A stretch of 64,000 nt of DNA from Octopus sinensis (taxonomy: Eukaryota): positions 30,752,001 to 30,816,000 of the forward strand of contig NC_043002.1 in assembly GCF_006345805.1 (NCBI RefSeq), written 5' to 3'. Below the pieces are notes generated by a model. It worked only from the letters and a program-made list of their open reading frames with translations. It was not told where the DNA came from and ran no database searches. Shown piece after piece: positions 25,850 through 39,430 of this stretch. Position numbers and translations under genes: made by a program. The stretch's first letter is position 1. Every line of letters begins with the position of its first letter.

Positions 25850-26570
25850 AGGCAAGGTTCCAGACCTTGTGGATGTATATACTCTTTCTGCGAAAACCTT
25901 AATTATGTTAAATTTTAATTCACATTCCCGCTTTCTGTATCATCGACAGTGTGTCGCACAGAATCTCTTCACTATTAGCTAATATAGAAATTTGCGACTA
26001 ATACACAGAGTACTACAACGATGCACTCAGTAGAGCTGGGTATACTGAAAAAAGTAAGGTATGACAATATGGGATAACTATGGTTCTTCCGCTGGGAATG
26101 CTAATTACTACTGTTCCCCATGGACCAGCTCTCTGGTCCCAGAAGCCGACTACCCCAGTTTCTAGAGCAAATTCAAGAGGTTCCTCTCAACCGTACTAAA
26201 AAAAATATACTTATACCTATTCTAATCACCATAAACACGCCCACTATACGGCTAATTCTAGGAACCCTCGGGAAATCCCCTCGAAATTTTCATAACTGTA
26301 TGCCTCCTAGTAAATGCAATAGTGAATCGGCTAATAAGGACGTTCCTGGACACTTAGTCACTACGGATGTGCCAGGACCCGCCACCCGAACTCTAAATTC
26401 AGGACCTCTCCAAGGGATTGTCGGAATGCTAGACAAAGGGCTGTAATCTGTTTCGATCCACCCTTCATCCATAATATCCAAAGTAGACAGCCGAATTACA
26501 TTCTAAGCAGTTTTAGAAAAGCACTTCCTCAAATCTAGTAAGTATTGGGAGAGTTTTAACTCCATTGACA
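25850..26570 (+). mobile_element. Decayed Penelope-like RT thumb/linker fragment
   Basis: IDSVSHRISSLLANIE, EYYNDALSRAGYTEK, RQRAVICFDPPF (26431-26466, cf. RKRKIIWFNPPF), LEKHFLKSSKYWESFN (cf. IDKHFP....Y.KIFN). Confidence 0.65.
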
Positions 26571-27249
26571 GTAAGGACAACATTATTAATAGCTTTATTA
26601 ACCTACTTTGAGATGTAGACATAAATTATGCAACACCACCCTCTGCTACAAACTTTACTAGTAACTACTTCCTAGTTTAACTTTACTGGTTAATACATTC
26701 ACATCTGTTTATAAAATAACTTTCCCTAACTAAGTAACTTATTGGCAGATGTATATACTGACTGTGCAACATCTTCCTCTGCTACAAACCCTAATTCCCT
26801 TTAAACAACTCCTGTCGTTTCATATTTATTTGTAGTAACAGAACATTTCGTAAGGAATCTCAGCTTCCCTGTATCCTTATTTTAATTTATTTAACGTTAT
26901 TTAGCGTAATTAATTTGTTCCCTAGTAGAATTTTCGCTTAATTTTTATTAAGTAGTACTCTGAATTTTATATTAATCTCCTATGTTGCTACTACATAATG
27001 ATGTGAGGGTTTGGCTAGGATTAGTACACATTTTGCATCTTTCGTTTCTGACAGGTAACATATCACTTCGATTACCTTTCTATTCCCCTGAGTGTCATGT
27101 TATCTCCTAACTCGTAAAAGATAAATTTATATGTGTTTTAATACCACATTTTTCTTTATGCCATACAACTATGAACTTGTGAAGCAGCTATAGAACTCGA
27201 TAACTTCTTCCATCTCTGTTATTTACAGATTTCATTATCGCATTACAAG

Positions 27250-28060
27250 GAATGTTCATTCAATGGCTATTCCTGTAAGGTGAGCCATTAGTGAATGGGG
27301 TGGAGATATTTTGCTGCGCTTTGTTTGAGTTTCTTGCCGCAATGTAAGTTCATCTGGGGTGCTGGACAGCAGCTGCTCAAAGTGTGTCTTCAGAAAATCT
27401 ACCCACACATCATGTAAATCTCTCGGGTATTTTCGCAAGATATGTAATGCATATGGGCCTTTGAATCCCAAGCTATTGCAGTACCTGGTCCTTACGCTAG
27501 AATGGATGGTAGGGCTTTGAAACAGCGCAGCGACATCTTGCTCGGAGACTGGTATAATTCTCGATGCCAAAATTTGTTACCAGTCCCTCAAGGATCTTTT
27601 ATATGTATATCACTGCATATACATTTCACTTAGATACAGACCGTAATATCGCAATTCCTTCAATCTATCCAAGTAGCTTTAGTGTTTCAGAACTGCAATC
27701 TTTTTGGTGCAGCACTACTAAACTACCTCGAGCTCTGTCAATAAAATGACATTGTGGGGTGACCACAGTTTTGAGTTGTAGATTAACCGGCTGAAGACAA
27801 ATATCCTCCATATGACCATTATAGTTTTCTGGCAGCTTGTTACGAAAGTTCTCTGAATCCATCTGGCCATTCGCCTGCACATTGCCACTATCATGGTAAT
27901 ATGTACATGAAACGATGCGTCGTTCATCGTCTCAATCCCAGGCCGCACTCTATGGCTGTCTATGTGATAGCCGCTAATTTGGTCCGAAATATCTTTGTTG
28001 CCGCATGTGAGAACAAGCTGACTCACAGTGGAAAGTTTAGAGCTTCTATGCAATAAATTG
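27250..28060 (-). mobile_element. CR1-like LINE RT C-terminal fragment
   Basis: VRPGIETMNDASFHVHI..CRRMARWIQRTF..MVIWRIFVFSRLIYNSKLWSPHNV; VRTRYCNSLGFKGP; STPDELTLRQE. Confidence 0.85.
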
Positions 28061-28114
28061 CGTGTTATTTTCTTCAGAAAATTTGCTTATGAAATGTAAC
28101 CTTGATATACGAAT

Positions 28115-28420
28115 AAATATCGCTTTTACTTGTTTCGGTCGTTGGACATCAGCCATGCTGGGGCACCACCTTCAAGAAACTTTAGTCGAATGAATCTACA
28201 TCAATATATTACTTGTTCTTTTAAAGCCTGTCACATTTTGACAAAAACAGCTAGATTTCTGGGATGTAAACACCAGTTGTCAAGAGGTGGTAGGGAGCAA
28301 TCTCAGGCACAAAGGCAGACACACATACACATACTTTAATCAGACGGAAGCTACAGTAGAAAACTTATGCCCAAAATGCCACGCATTGGGAATGAACCTT
28401 GCTGTTGGGGGCAAGCTTCT
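28115..28420 (-). mobile_element. Decayed SINE family A
   Basis: TTTTACTTGTTTCGGTC...GCCATGCTGGGGCACC...CACCAGTTGTCAAG...GCCCAAAATGCCACGCATTGGGAATGAAC. Confidence 0.6.
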
Positions 28421-28689
28421 TATATATACATATATACGTGTGTGTGTGTGAGTATGCGTGCGCGCGCGCGTGGGTGTTTATCCTAGGAAGCTATAAGGTT
28501 TCATCTTTAAGTATAGTGCATCTTATAGCACAAATAGCAGTAAACTAATGAAGTTTATTGCCATAATTTCCTTTTCCCGTGTCATTTATATGATTTAGTA
28601 TGTGAGAAAGGAAGCACTACCATGACTTTCCTTCCTCATGGTGTGCTCTCTGCACCTTTCTTTGCATGGATTTTCTCCGCAACTTGATG

Positions 28690-29045
28690 TAGTCCAATCA
28701 AGACATTCGATGGCACATCTGGTGTATAAGAGAATTTGACATCGCTGCCCCCAACTGTGTCTAATTTCAAGTCATCGGCTCGTCTGGTATCGTGGATAGG
28801 AAAGTGTCGAGTTTTGTTTTGAAGTCCTCTAAATCCATGACTTGCAGGTCTCTTAATTGTTTTGGCAGGGCATTAAAGAGCTGAAGTCCTCTGAAACCTA
28901 GTCTGTCGAGGTACCTTGTTCTTATGTGAGATGCAGTGGACGGTGCCCTTGGTACTATGCAGTGGTGACCTGTGCGGGCATTCGTGTAGTACTTGATGCC
29001 AAAGTTTGGTACCAATCCTTCCAGTATTTTCCATATGCAAATTAT
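28690..29045 (-). mobile_element. CR1-like LINE 3' fragment
   Basis: IWKILEGLVPNFGIKYYTNARTGHHCIVPR..IRTRYLDRLGFRGLQLFNALPKQLRDL..FKTKLDTFLSTIPDEP..SNSLIHQM. Confidence 0.85.
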
Positions 29046-29161
29046 TACATATCTCTCCCGCTTGCGATCCGGGGAGTAGAGAATTAGTGCCTACAGTCGC
29101 TCCCTGTAGTTCAACTGCTGGACTGTGGCGATCTTGAATTTTGCTGTATGTATATATTTTG

Positions 29162-29253
<92 letters not shown>

Positions 29254-29498
29254 ACTATCGTTCTTTGTGTGTTTCTCAGTACACACACGCGCGCACACAC
29301 ACACGCGCGCGCGCAACACACATATATAATGTGCATTTTTTTATATGTATATTAGTATAGAATTTTTTAGTACAATGTTAATAGTATATTTAAATGTATG
29401 TTTATTATAGATAATATCTTTCAGTATTAATTGAATTGCTTTATGGAGATTCTATCTCTTAATTCTCTCTCTCTCTCTCTCCTCTCTCTCTCTATATA

Positions 29499-29531
<33 letters not shown>

Positions 29532-29844
29532 ATATATATATAATATATATATATTTATAAATATATATATATCTCCGTGAATTTAAAGAAGCGTCTCGGT
29601 TTACAGTGTACTTGGATAAACCAGGTGTAAAGCAGTTTCTATGATTCTGCATCATATTTGAATTTTATGCGATAAAAATTGAATGCAAATAATTTCTCTT
29701 GTCTTTTGTATTTAGTCTGCTATAATAAGTTTCATTTTAAAATCTCTTTTCTTAATTTTTTTTCTGCAATTTAATTTAAGTTCATTTCTAACTTATTAAA
29801 TTGTGAAAAATTAAGAATTATATAACCTTGATGTAATAATGTAA

Positions 29845-30780
<936 letters not shown>

Positions 30781-31993
30781 ACGCATCCGCGCATATGTTG
30801 TTATACTGTATAACCACATTTTTCACTTCATTACATATGTCAATATATGTTTATGAATATCTCATGTTGTGTGTTTTTCTCTGTGGCTGTATAAATGCAT
30901 GTCGATGCCTGCACATTTTTTCGCTGTTTATTTGTACACATCTGTATATTAATATTTATAATATATTTTTTTATTAATACACATAATGTTATTTAAAAAA
31001 TCATAAAATGCACTAAATTTCGTTGATAATGGCAAAAAAAATTGTCATTTAATCATTAACAAAATCAAAACAAGATTAAAATTTGAAAATGGAATAGAAA
31101 TATTTAAAACAAATAATTCTAAGAAGTTTAAACAAAAAATAATTAAACAGAATCTTATAATTATAAGGCGGGGAAAAAATAAGGACACTCTTTGAAAATG
31201 ATAAAAAATGTGATAACATATTTTAAAATAGTTGACTGAAGACGTGTCAATATCAGATTTAAGATTTAAAGAACTAGATGCAATACCGTCTTTCCAGATA
31301 TGTTTCCTGTCTTTCCTTGTCTTTCAATTTTTATGTTTTATTCTTAATGTCATAATTCTTTAGAATTATTTTTTTTCTTCTGAATTTATTCAATTATTTT
31401 ATTATATTTTATTATGTTATTATATTTCATGTTATTTTTATATTCAAATATGCTTGCTTTAACTTTCCATTTCAAGCTTTTACGTTATGATTCTTGTTAC
31501 ATTTGGAATAATTTTTTTAATTCTATTTCTTGTAGTTCTCTGTATTTCTTTTATGTTCATATTTATTTACTTGTTTAATGTTTCTATTGATGTGATTGAT
31601 GTTCATGTTGTAGTTGTTGATCATGTTTAATGTATCACTTGAATCCAAAATATGTGCTATAAAATGGAATATTAGTTGTGTGAATGCTAAATAACAACAA
31701 AATCTTTTTCTAGCACCTATGCTTCTTCATTTATTATCACTGCATTTCTTTATCAAACGCGCTCTTCCCTGACTCTTTCTTTAGCTCTCTCTCTCTCTCA
31801 CTCTCACTCACTCTCTCTCTCTCTCACATACGCATATGTGTGTGGATGTATGCATATATATGTGTGTGTGGATATATGCATATATATATATATATATATA
31901 TCCACACGCGTGCACAAGTATATATATAAATGTGTATGCGTATTGATATAAATGCATAAATATGCGTACATATATATGTTTATATACTGTATG

Positions 31994-32027
<34 letters not shown>

Positions 32028-32037
32028 TAGGTAGATG

Positions 32038-32111
<74 letters not shown>

Positions 32112-32754
32112 AAAATAGATAGATAAATAGATAGATAATGTTCCAGTCCATGGTGATTCAATATTAATGCTAAATTTCACTAAAAGAACTATAAACAAGA
32201 AATATACTGAAGTAAACCTTCAAAGAGGAGACCTACGGGAGGACAAAAAATCAGAATTGAAGGAGAAAAACGATGAAGATATAAAAATGATTCTAAAAGC
32301 GAAAGAAATCAATGGAATATTTTTCACAAGCTATATTAAATACCTTCTATGTATACACACACACTGATGTATATTTATATACATCTATATATATTATTAC
32401 ATGCATATATAGAGAGCTATATTTACAGGAATTTTCTAAAAAAGTATTTCGAACCGACTTAATGAAATTAGTAACTGAAATTAAAAGTTTTGATAGATTC
32501 ATATGATAGATAACGAGAGAGAAATGTAGTTTGTGTGCGTGTGTGTGTGTGAGCTTAAAGTGTTTAATATGATAGTGCATATGTTAATATGCAGGTGTGA
32601 ATGTGTGTGATTGACGTACGTACTGACGTAAATTCATTAGCTGACTACGTATGTTTTTAAACCCTCTGTAAATGTGAATAACTAAATAAATACATCTGTA
32701 TATATATATATATTATAATATATATATAGATATAATATATATATTATATATGAC

Positions 32755-33070
32755 TTTATCTGTAAATGTAATATGTGACAATTATTCGGTAGCCATGATA
32801 AACTCCGAGCTTCGGATGTCGAGGTAGAAACCCACGCCGCCATTTCTTCAGTTATCTGACCACCGAAGAAATGCTATGAAAATGACCGTTAAACAAAGGG
32901 TAATTACTGTGTGATTGGCCGTTATTAAGACAAAAGAGCTATTATTAGAATGACGGCTGAGTTTATCATGGCTACTGAATAATTATCACATTTTATATTT
33001 ACAGATAAATTCCTCTATTTACATATATCGAGGTTTCTTTCATTCTTTTGTTGTCTTGTCATTTCTATCA
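32755..33070. mobile_element. (TA)n-embedded PLE-terminus-like element with 51-bp inverted repeat (32755-32805 / 32959-33009) and a minus-strand hammerhead-like motif
   Basis: Arms TTTATCTGTAAAT...GCCATGATAAACTC match with ~4 mismatches; minus strand 32856-32797 reads GATAA-CTGAAGA...CATCC-GAAGCTCGGAGTTTATC. Confidence 0.65.
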
Positions 33071-33111
<41 letters not shown>

Positions 33112-33624
33112 GAAAACTTTCATGCCACTAGCTAGCATGCGTAATAAATCAAAAGAGAACATAATTTCAAATATAATAGTTTATAAACAATTTACGTATT
33201 TATACACGAAAGGATGTCGGCTGTTAATTACTATTTTTAGCTTTCAACGGAAAGATAGGAAACCTTGATAAAAGTACAACATCAAGAAATTTGAAAAATA
33301 TATAACTTGTGGAGAGTTATCGCTTCGGACAAACAATCAACGGCAGAGAGGACATACAGAGTAAACATTAAGAGGCATTGTAATGGGTAATGCCTGTGAT
33401 AAATTTTGAAAGGATATAGAATAAATAGAAGAGGAAAACATTTTAGAATAGATAAAAAAAATATCGCGAGGCGAGTAGTATTAAGCCCAGCTAAGTAGAA
33501 GTCGCACCCAGAAAAGACAGAGATGAGAGAAATGGCCTGTAGACACGTATATATGTGTGTGTGTGTGTGTGAGAGTGTATGTGTGTGAGTGTGTGTTGTG
33601 CGTGAGTGTATGTGTGTGTGTTTA

Positions 33625-33664
<40 letters not shown>

Positions 33665-33667
<3 letters not shown>

Positions 33668-34385
33668 CAAATTTGGAACAGTCACGATGTATCGAAGAAG
33701 GTGAAAGTTCATGTATATAAGTCGGTGCTCTTGACAATATTACTTCATGGTGTTGAATCTTGGACTTTGTACTGAATGTACATCAACCAATTTCGCGCGT
33801 TTCATATGCAATGCTTGCGTGCTATCTCCAACATAATCCTGAGTTGTCATATTCATAACGTTGAGGTATTATGAAAATGCAGCATATCAGGTACTGAAGC
33901 GATCCTCTTCAAAATACATCTTAGACGGTCAGGTCATCTCTCACATATGTGTGATGTTAGATTTCCGTAGTAACTTCTCTTTAGTTAATTCAGAACAGAA
34001 AGATCACCCGGAAGCTCACTCTTGCGCTTCAAAGACCAACTAAAAGATAATCCGTAGCGACGCAACATTCCATTTTCTTCCTGGGAAAACAAAGCATCAG
34101 AACGCAGGACCCGGTGGCAGTCCTGCTTCTTCTCAGTTCAAAGATTTGAGCAAAGTCGACTCCAGCATCGGAAGCAACGTCGTGCAAGCACGAATGAACG
34201 CTGGTAAAACACTGCTCCTCTAAATGGAAACCTTGCATGTCGTTGTGGTTTTGTGGAAAGAAGCAAAGCAGGCTGAGCCGTCCACTCAAGTAAACACATA
34301 GTAAATGATGCACAAACACTTATACTGAGTCCTCGACTTGTTTCTTTTGCCCAAAGGTTTGCAACGAACCAGCAGGCCTCTCAAG
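33665..34385 (+). mobile_element. RTE-clade (BovB-like) LINE 3' fragment, decayed
   Basis: IWNSHDVSKKVKVHVYKSVLLTILLHGVESWTLY..FHMQCLRAI..VEVL.KCSISGTEAIL..LR.SGHL..LRFKDQLK..SWENKASER; begins at (TA)n. Confidence 0.9.
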
Positions 34386-34477
34386 ACACACATTCACGTC
34401 CACAAGACATGATTAACGTTTTATTTTACTGAACACTCATTTGTTGTTGATTGTAAGATAATCCATCATATACATAG

Positions 34478-34528
<51 letters not shown>

Positions 34529-34884
34529 ATACTATATATATATATATACATACATAAAGATGAGTAAAAATGTATTTATATTGTATATGAATGTATGAAA
34601 ATATACACGTTATTAAAGAGAAACGTCTTTGTATGTCGGGGTACTTGTTAATGAATATAAATATGCGTATCTCTTTCTGTAATTTTGTCTACCTGTATGT
34701 GTTTGTATGTCCTAGTTTCTATGTGAGTGGCAGCGATAAAATGAGGCTGTATGTTGTACTATATATATGCGTTTTTGTCGAATATATGAATTTTGTTTTT
34801 TGTGTTTGTGTATCTCTAAAGACGACGGGTGAGTATTCAACTTGGTCGAACGACCTGCATAAACGTTATGTTTATAATGATCAA

Positions 34885-35100
34885 ACGTTCGTGTAGCACA
34901 TTAGTTCATTCCCTCCAGCAAATCGACTTTGTCTGAACCGAGGCGCCGTATACCACGCGTCAAGTGTCGCAGTGATCGCAGAACAACGTAAGATGAAGTG
35001 TTTCTTTTTGCTCAAGAACGCCATGCATCACCTGGTCTAGGACTTGTACTCGCGACTGCCAGATCGTGAGTGCAACACCCTAACCAGTAAGTCATGCAGA
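34885..35100 (-). mobile_element. SINE family C (CORE-like), decayed
   Basis: Matches AACGTGAAATGAAGTGTTTTGCTCAAGAAC...CACCCTAACCA of 38418 and 62749. Confidence 0.6.
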
Positions 35101-35104
35101 CTCA

Positions 35105-35490
35105 GCGAGGCTGTGTGGTAAGAAGATTGCCTCCCAACCACATGGTTCTGGTTCCAGTCCCACTGCGCTGCACCTTGGGCTAGTTTCTTTTACTATAGCC
35201 TTGGCCGACCAAAACCTTGTGAGTGAATTTGGCAGACGGAAACTGAAAAAAGCCCGCCGTATATATCTCTATATATATGTGTGTGTGTGTGTTCCCCACC
35301 CTCACTTGACAACCGATGTAGTTGTGTTTACGTCCCATTAACTTAACCGTTCGGCAAAAGTGACGATAGAATAAGTACTAGTCTTACAAAAGATAAAACC
35401 TGGAGTCGATTTGTTCGACTAAAGGTAGTGCTCCAGCATGGCCACAGTCAAATGACTGAAATAAGTAAAAGAATAAAAGAACAAAAGAAT
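35105..35490 (+). mobile_element. SINE family A, full length
   Basis: GGCTGTGTGGTAAG head, CCTTGGGC core, internal TA/TG, 3' module ending GACTGAAATAAGTAAAAGAATAAAAGAA. Confidence 0.9.
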
Positions 35491-36074
35491 ATGTGTATAT
35501 ATATATATAATATATATATATATATATGTATATATTCACACACACACACACACATATAAGTGTGTGTGTGTGTGTGTGAGTCTGAATGTATATATGTATA
35601 TTTTATGTGTGTATGTATATTTGTATTTCTATACGTATGCATGTATGTATGAATTATTTTCTTCAAATCCTTATATATGATATTTCTACCTTTTTGTATC
35701 AATTTATACATATATTTCCGTTTTTCGTCAAATTTAACGTAACTAATCTACAGCTAATTGATTTATACTGACGAGACACAACAACTTCAAAACTGTCCTG
35801 TTTACGAATGCTAATACAGTTAATGTCGTAGTTGAAGTCTAATTAAATCTAATTGAATATTAAGTGTATTTAATTTTCTTAACGAGTATTTAACTTTCAA
35901 GCTTGATTTCTCTTTCTCTCACCTTGCAAAAGAAAAAAAAAGGAAAAAATGAATGACTCATCTGAAATGAGCCTGCAATTTGAAAAGTAATTCAAGTACC
36001 TATGTATCTGCTTGATCACTAACTCGGAGAAGACAGCATAGAAGAGTTCGAATATTTTCAACTTACATATAAAG

Positions 36075-36950
36075 TGGCAGGAATGGGAAATGATTTATTT
36101 GTAATTTACACTACTATAAGTTAATCCAGATGTTTGACAAGCAACGAGAAAGCAGTTAGCAATGTATGTTGCGTCAAAAGCCAAAAAGTGAACTGGACGG
36201 AAAACGCATCGAGTGAATTTGATCTCATGAGAAAACATAACAGGTTCTTTTTTTGTGCGCCGTTGTGTGGTAACAAATTTGGACAAGTGTCTCCTTCTAT
36301 AATCTGGCTTCGACCAAAGCCTACTGCGTGAATTTAGCAGGCGGAAATTGAACGTCGCCCATCGTTCGTGTGTGTGTGTGTGTGTGAGTGTGTGTGTTTG
36401 TTTATGCTTTTGTGTTTGTCCCTCACCACCGCTTGACAAATAGTATTGGTGTGTTACGTTCCAGTAACCTAGTGGTTCAGCAACACTATTCGATGAAATA
36501 AGTGCTAGGCTTAAAAAATTAACTCTGGTTTCTGTTCATAAGACTAAAAGCTCATCAGGGCGTATTTGTACTTTATAATAAACTCTCTTCATTTTCATTT
36601 ATTATTTTCCCACCTCTTATGTAATATGATGTCAATAATATATTCCGAATTCTACTGATGACACACAAACAGGTCAAAAGAAATACTTTTGAATCCATTT
36701 TCGGCGTTATATAAATAACAAGGGAGCAAAATTCAAGAAATATCTTTCTCCTATGCAAGCAATCTACATTATCATTAAAAAAGAACTTGCAATGTTGTCT
36801 GATGAGATCAAATTAAATCGAAACATTTTCTGTCCCGTTCACTTTTTGGATTTTGTCACAACGTACACCCCTAACTGCTTTCTCGTTACTTGTCAAGTAT
36901 CTGGATTAAGTGATATTAATGGAGTTATCACTCTTGTTTGTTGTCTTTAG
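36075..36950. repeat. Diverged inverted pair of a ~165-bp element (36075-36245 minus; 36790-36950 plus) flanking a decayed SINE A
   Basis: CT(C/G)ATGAGATCAAATT...GTCC.GTTCACTTTTTGG...CTAACTGCTTTCTCGTT.CTTGTCAA.TATCTGGATTAA present in both orientations. Confidence 0.65.
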
Positions 36951-37203
36951 ATTTGAAATACGCTACAGAATATTGTGTCCTATAATTGTAATGATAATCT
37001 TCACTAAACGAAATTCTTAACTCGCTATGTTACATATGTGGGATTTTGCTATATTTACATATTTGTGTGTCTGTGCGCGAGTGCGGGCTTGCATGCATGT
37101 TTGTGGATAATAAACAGTGAGTTTGTGTGTTAAATTCATATATACATATATTTGTATATGCATGTATGTACGTATATACTTATGTGCTTTGTATGAATGA
37201 ATG

Positions 37204-38087
37204 TATTTGGCCATCGCATAAATAATGCGTTTTTTTTCAATTGCGTGTATTAAAGTCGGAGAAGGACGGGATAAACTACCTCTATCAACTTGCTATAAAA
37301 GCGGGTACTAATTATAGCTTGTCCTTTATCTGAGTGCTAGTTTTGAAGAGTGCATTTCGATTTTAACAGTTATTTTTTCAAAGCTATAATGGAAATGACA
37401 AAGGACCATGTTCGGTATCATTTTCTTTAATAGTTCATTGAAGGCAACAACGCAACGGAAAGTGCGAGGGATAGTGATGCAGTATATGGAGATCGGACAA
37501 TAGGCGTAAGACAGTGTCAACAGTGGTTCCAGAAATTCCGAGCCGAAAACTACACCTAGAAGACGAGCAGCGTCCTGGAAGATCTGTGGAACTCGATGAG
37601 GACGTCTTGCAAACCCTGTTAGAACAAAATCCCATCATAACTGTTGAGGAACTAGCAGACAAGCTTGAGTTTGGTTATCCAACCATTCATCGACACCTGC
37701 GCAAGATGAACGCGACCATCTCTGGTTTCATGGCGAAAGGTGCTCTTCTATCAGAATAATGCTCAGCCGCATACAGCGAGGGTGACAATCCCAAAGCTGG
37801 AGCAGTTTCAACGGGAAACGATGTCCTACCCACATTATTCGCCGCACATTGCCCCATCTGATTATCATTTTTTCCGCAGTCTTTGGATGGAAAAAATATG
37901 AATTCTGCAGACGAGGTCAGAAAAGTACTGGAGGAGTATTTTTCGTAACGGTCAAGTGAATTTTGGAAGAGAGGCCCGTGAGTCTAACAGATAGATGGAA
38001 GAGCGTTGTAGAAAATGAAAGAGAGTGTATTTTAGATTCAGAAAGAACTTTGTCTGTCTTCATTTCGTGGCATTATTTAAGGATGAC

Positions 38088-38093
<6 letters not shown>
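37204..38093 (+). mobile_element. Mariner (Tc1/mariner) DNA transposon, internally deleted and pseudogenised, with TIRs and TA target sites
   Basis: TIRs TATTTGGCCATCGCATAAATAATGC / GCATTATTTAAGGATGACCCAATA; HTH region QWFQKFR..LEDEQRPGRSVELDEDVLQTLLEQNP..TVEELA..TIHRHLR fused to ..QNNAQPHTA..YSPHIAPSDYHFF..DRWKSVVEN. Confidence 0.95.
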
Positions 38094-38149
<56 letters not shown>

Positions 38150-38174
38150 ATATATAATGTATATAATATATATA

Positions 38175-38379
38175 AAAAATGTGACCGCGTGTGTACCGTG
38201 GCAATTTTTCCTCCGTCTTCCTTCTTTGGATCTTTCCTTTTCCTATGTTTCTGACGAAGAGCTCCGCTCGAAACGTTAACCCTCCTTCTTTCCTTCTTTC
38301 CTGAGCGTCCAATAATGCTATACTTGTTCCACGTCCTCGCGTTGTTGTGTTTTCTCTTTTTGTTTTCATGTTTGGATTA

Positions 38380-38385
<6 letters not shown>
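38175..38385 (+). mobile_element. ~210-bp (TA)n-embedded non-autonomous element carrying a hammerhead-like motif (copy 2)
   Basis: Same termini and body as 15485-15699; TA arrays on both sides. Confidence 0.75.
38247..38281 (+). ncRNA. Minimal type I hammerhead ribozyme-like motif with canonical CUGACGA core
   Basis: GTTT-CTGACGA-A-GAGC(TCC)GCTC-GAA-ACGT-T-AACC; one-nt insert after A9; stem I weakened by loss of one A relative to copy 1. Confidence 0.62.
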
Positions 38386-38417
<32 letters not shown>

Positions 38418-38424
<7 letters not shown>

Positions 38425-38670
38425 AATGCACCCTTTTAAAGCCTAGCCAGGCTTATGGGCCCGCTTTCCCGGTTTCTATGGCGTATGTGTTCCCCATCTG
38501 GACAGGTCGCTTGGCCATTGCAGCGTTACTCATTTTTGCCAGCTGCGTGGACTGGAGCAACGTGAAATGAAGTGTTTTGATCAAGAACACAACGCGTCCC
38601 CCGGTCCAGCAATCGAAACCAGAATCTTACGATCCTGATGCTGACACACTAACCACTAAGCCACGCGCCT

Positions 38671-38671
<1 letters not shown>
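38418..38671 (-). mobile_element. SINE family C (tRNA head + CORE-like domain)
   Basis: Minus head TGGAGGCGCGTGGCTTAGTGGTTAG...GGTTTCGATTGC, core GTGTTCTTGATCAAAACACTTCATTTCACGTTGCTCCAGTCCAC..AGCTGGCAAAAATGAG. Confidence 0.85.
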
Positions 38672-38728
<57 letters not shown>

Positions 38729-39179
38729 GTATATATATACACGTATATATATGTATATACATGTATATAATATATATATAAATATGTATGTATGTTCATT
38801 TAACCTGCACGTGTATGTATGCATGTGTGTGAATTTGGGTGTATTAAAAAGCGTGTATAAATATATCATGCGTTTATATGTATGAGTGAAAGAAGTGAAC
38901 GGATGAGAGCTTAAAGAGGAAACTTTGAGAAATACTGTGTGTACATGAAGGAGAATTTTCAAAGTAATTAGTGATATTATGTCAAATGATGGAAGTATGA
39001 GAAAAGTTAAGATGATAAATATTGGAAGTACGTATGATGATACAATCATGTATAAGCGTGTGTGAGTGTGTGTGAGTATCCATATACATATATATATATG
39101 TATGTATGTATGTATATGTATATATATGTATGTATATATATATTTATGTATATGCATATATATGTACATATCTATATCT

Positions 39180-39306
39180 CTATACGAGACAGACAAATAG
39201 TTAGATAGATATATAGATAGATCGATCGATAGATAGATAGATAAATAGGTAGATAGATAGATATATAGATAGATAGATAGATAGATAGATAGATTGATAG
39301 ATAGAC

Positions 39307-39348
<42 letters not shown>

Positions 39349-39352
39349 GTAA

Positions 39353-39427
<75 letters not shown>

Positions 39428-39430
39428 TAT
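39180..39430. repeat. (AGAT)n microsatellite
   Basis: Direct sequence. Confidence 0.95.
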
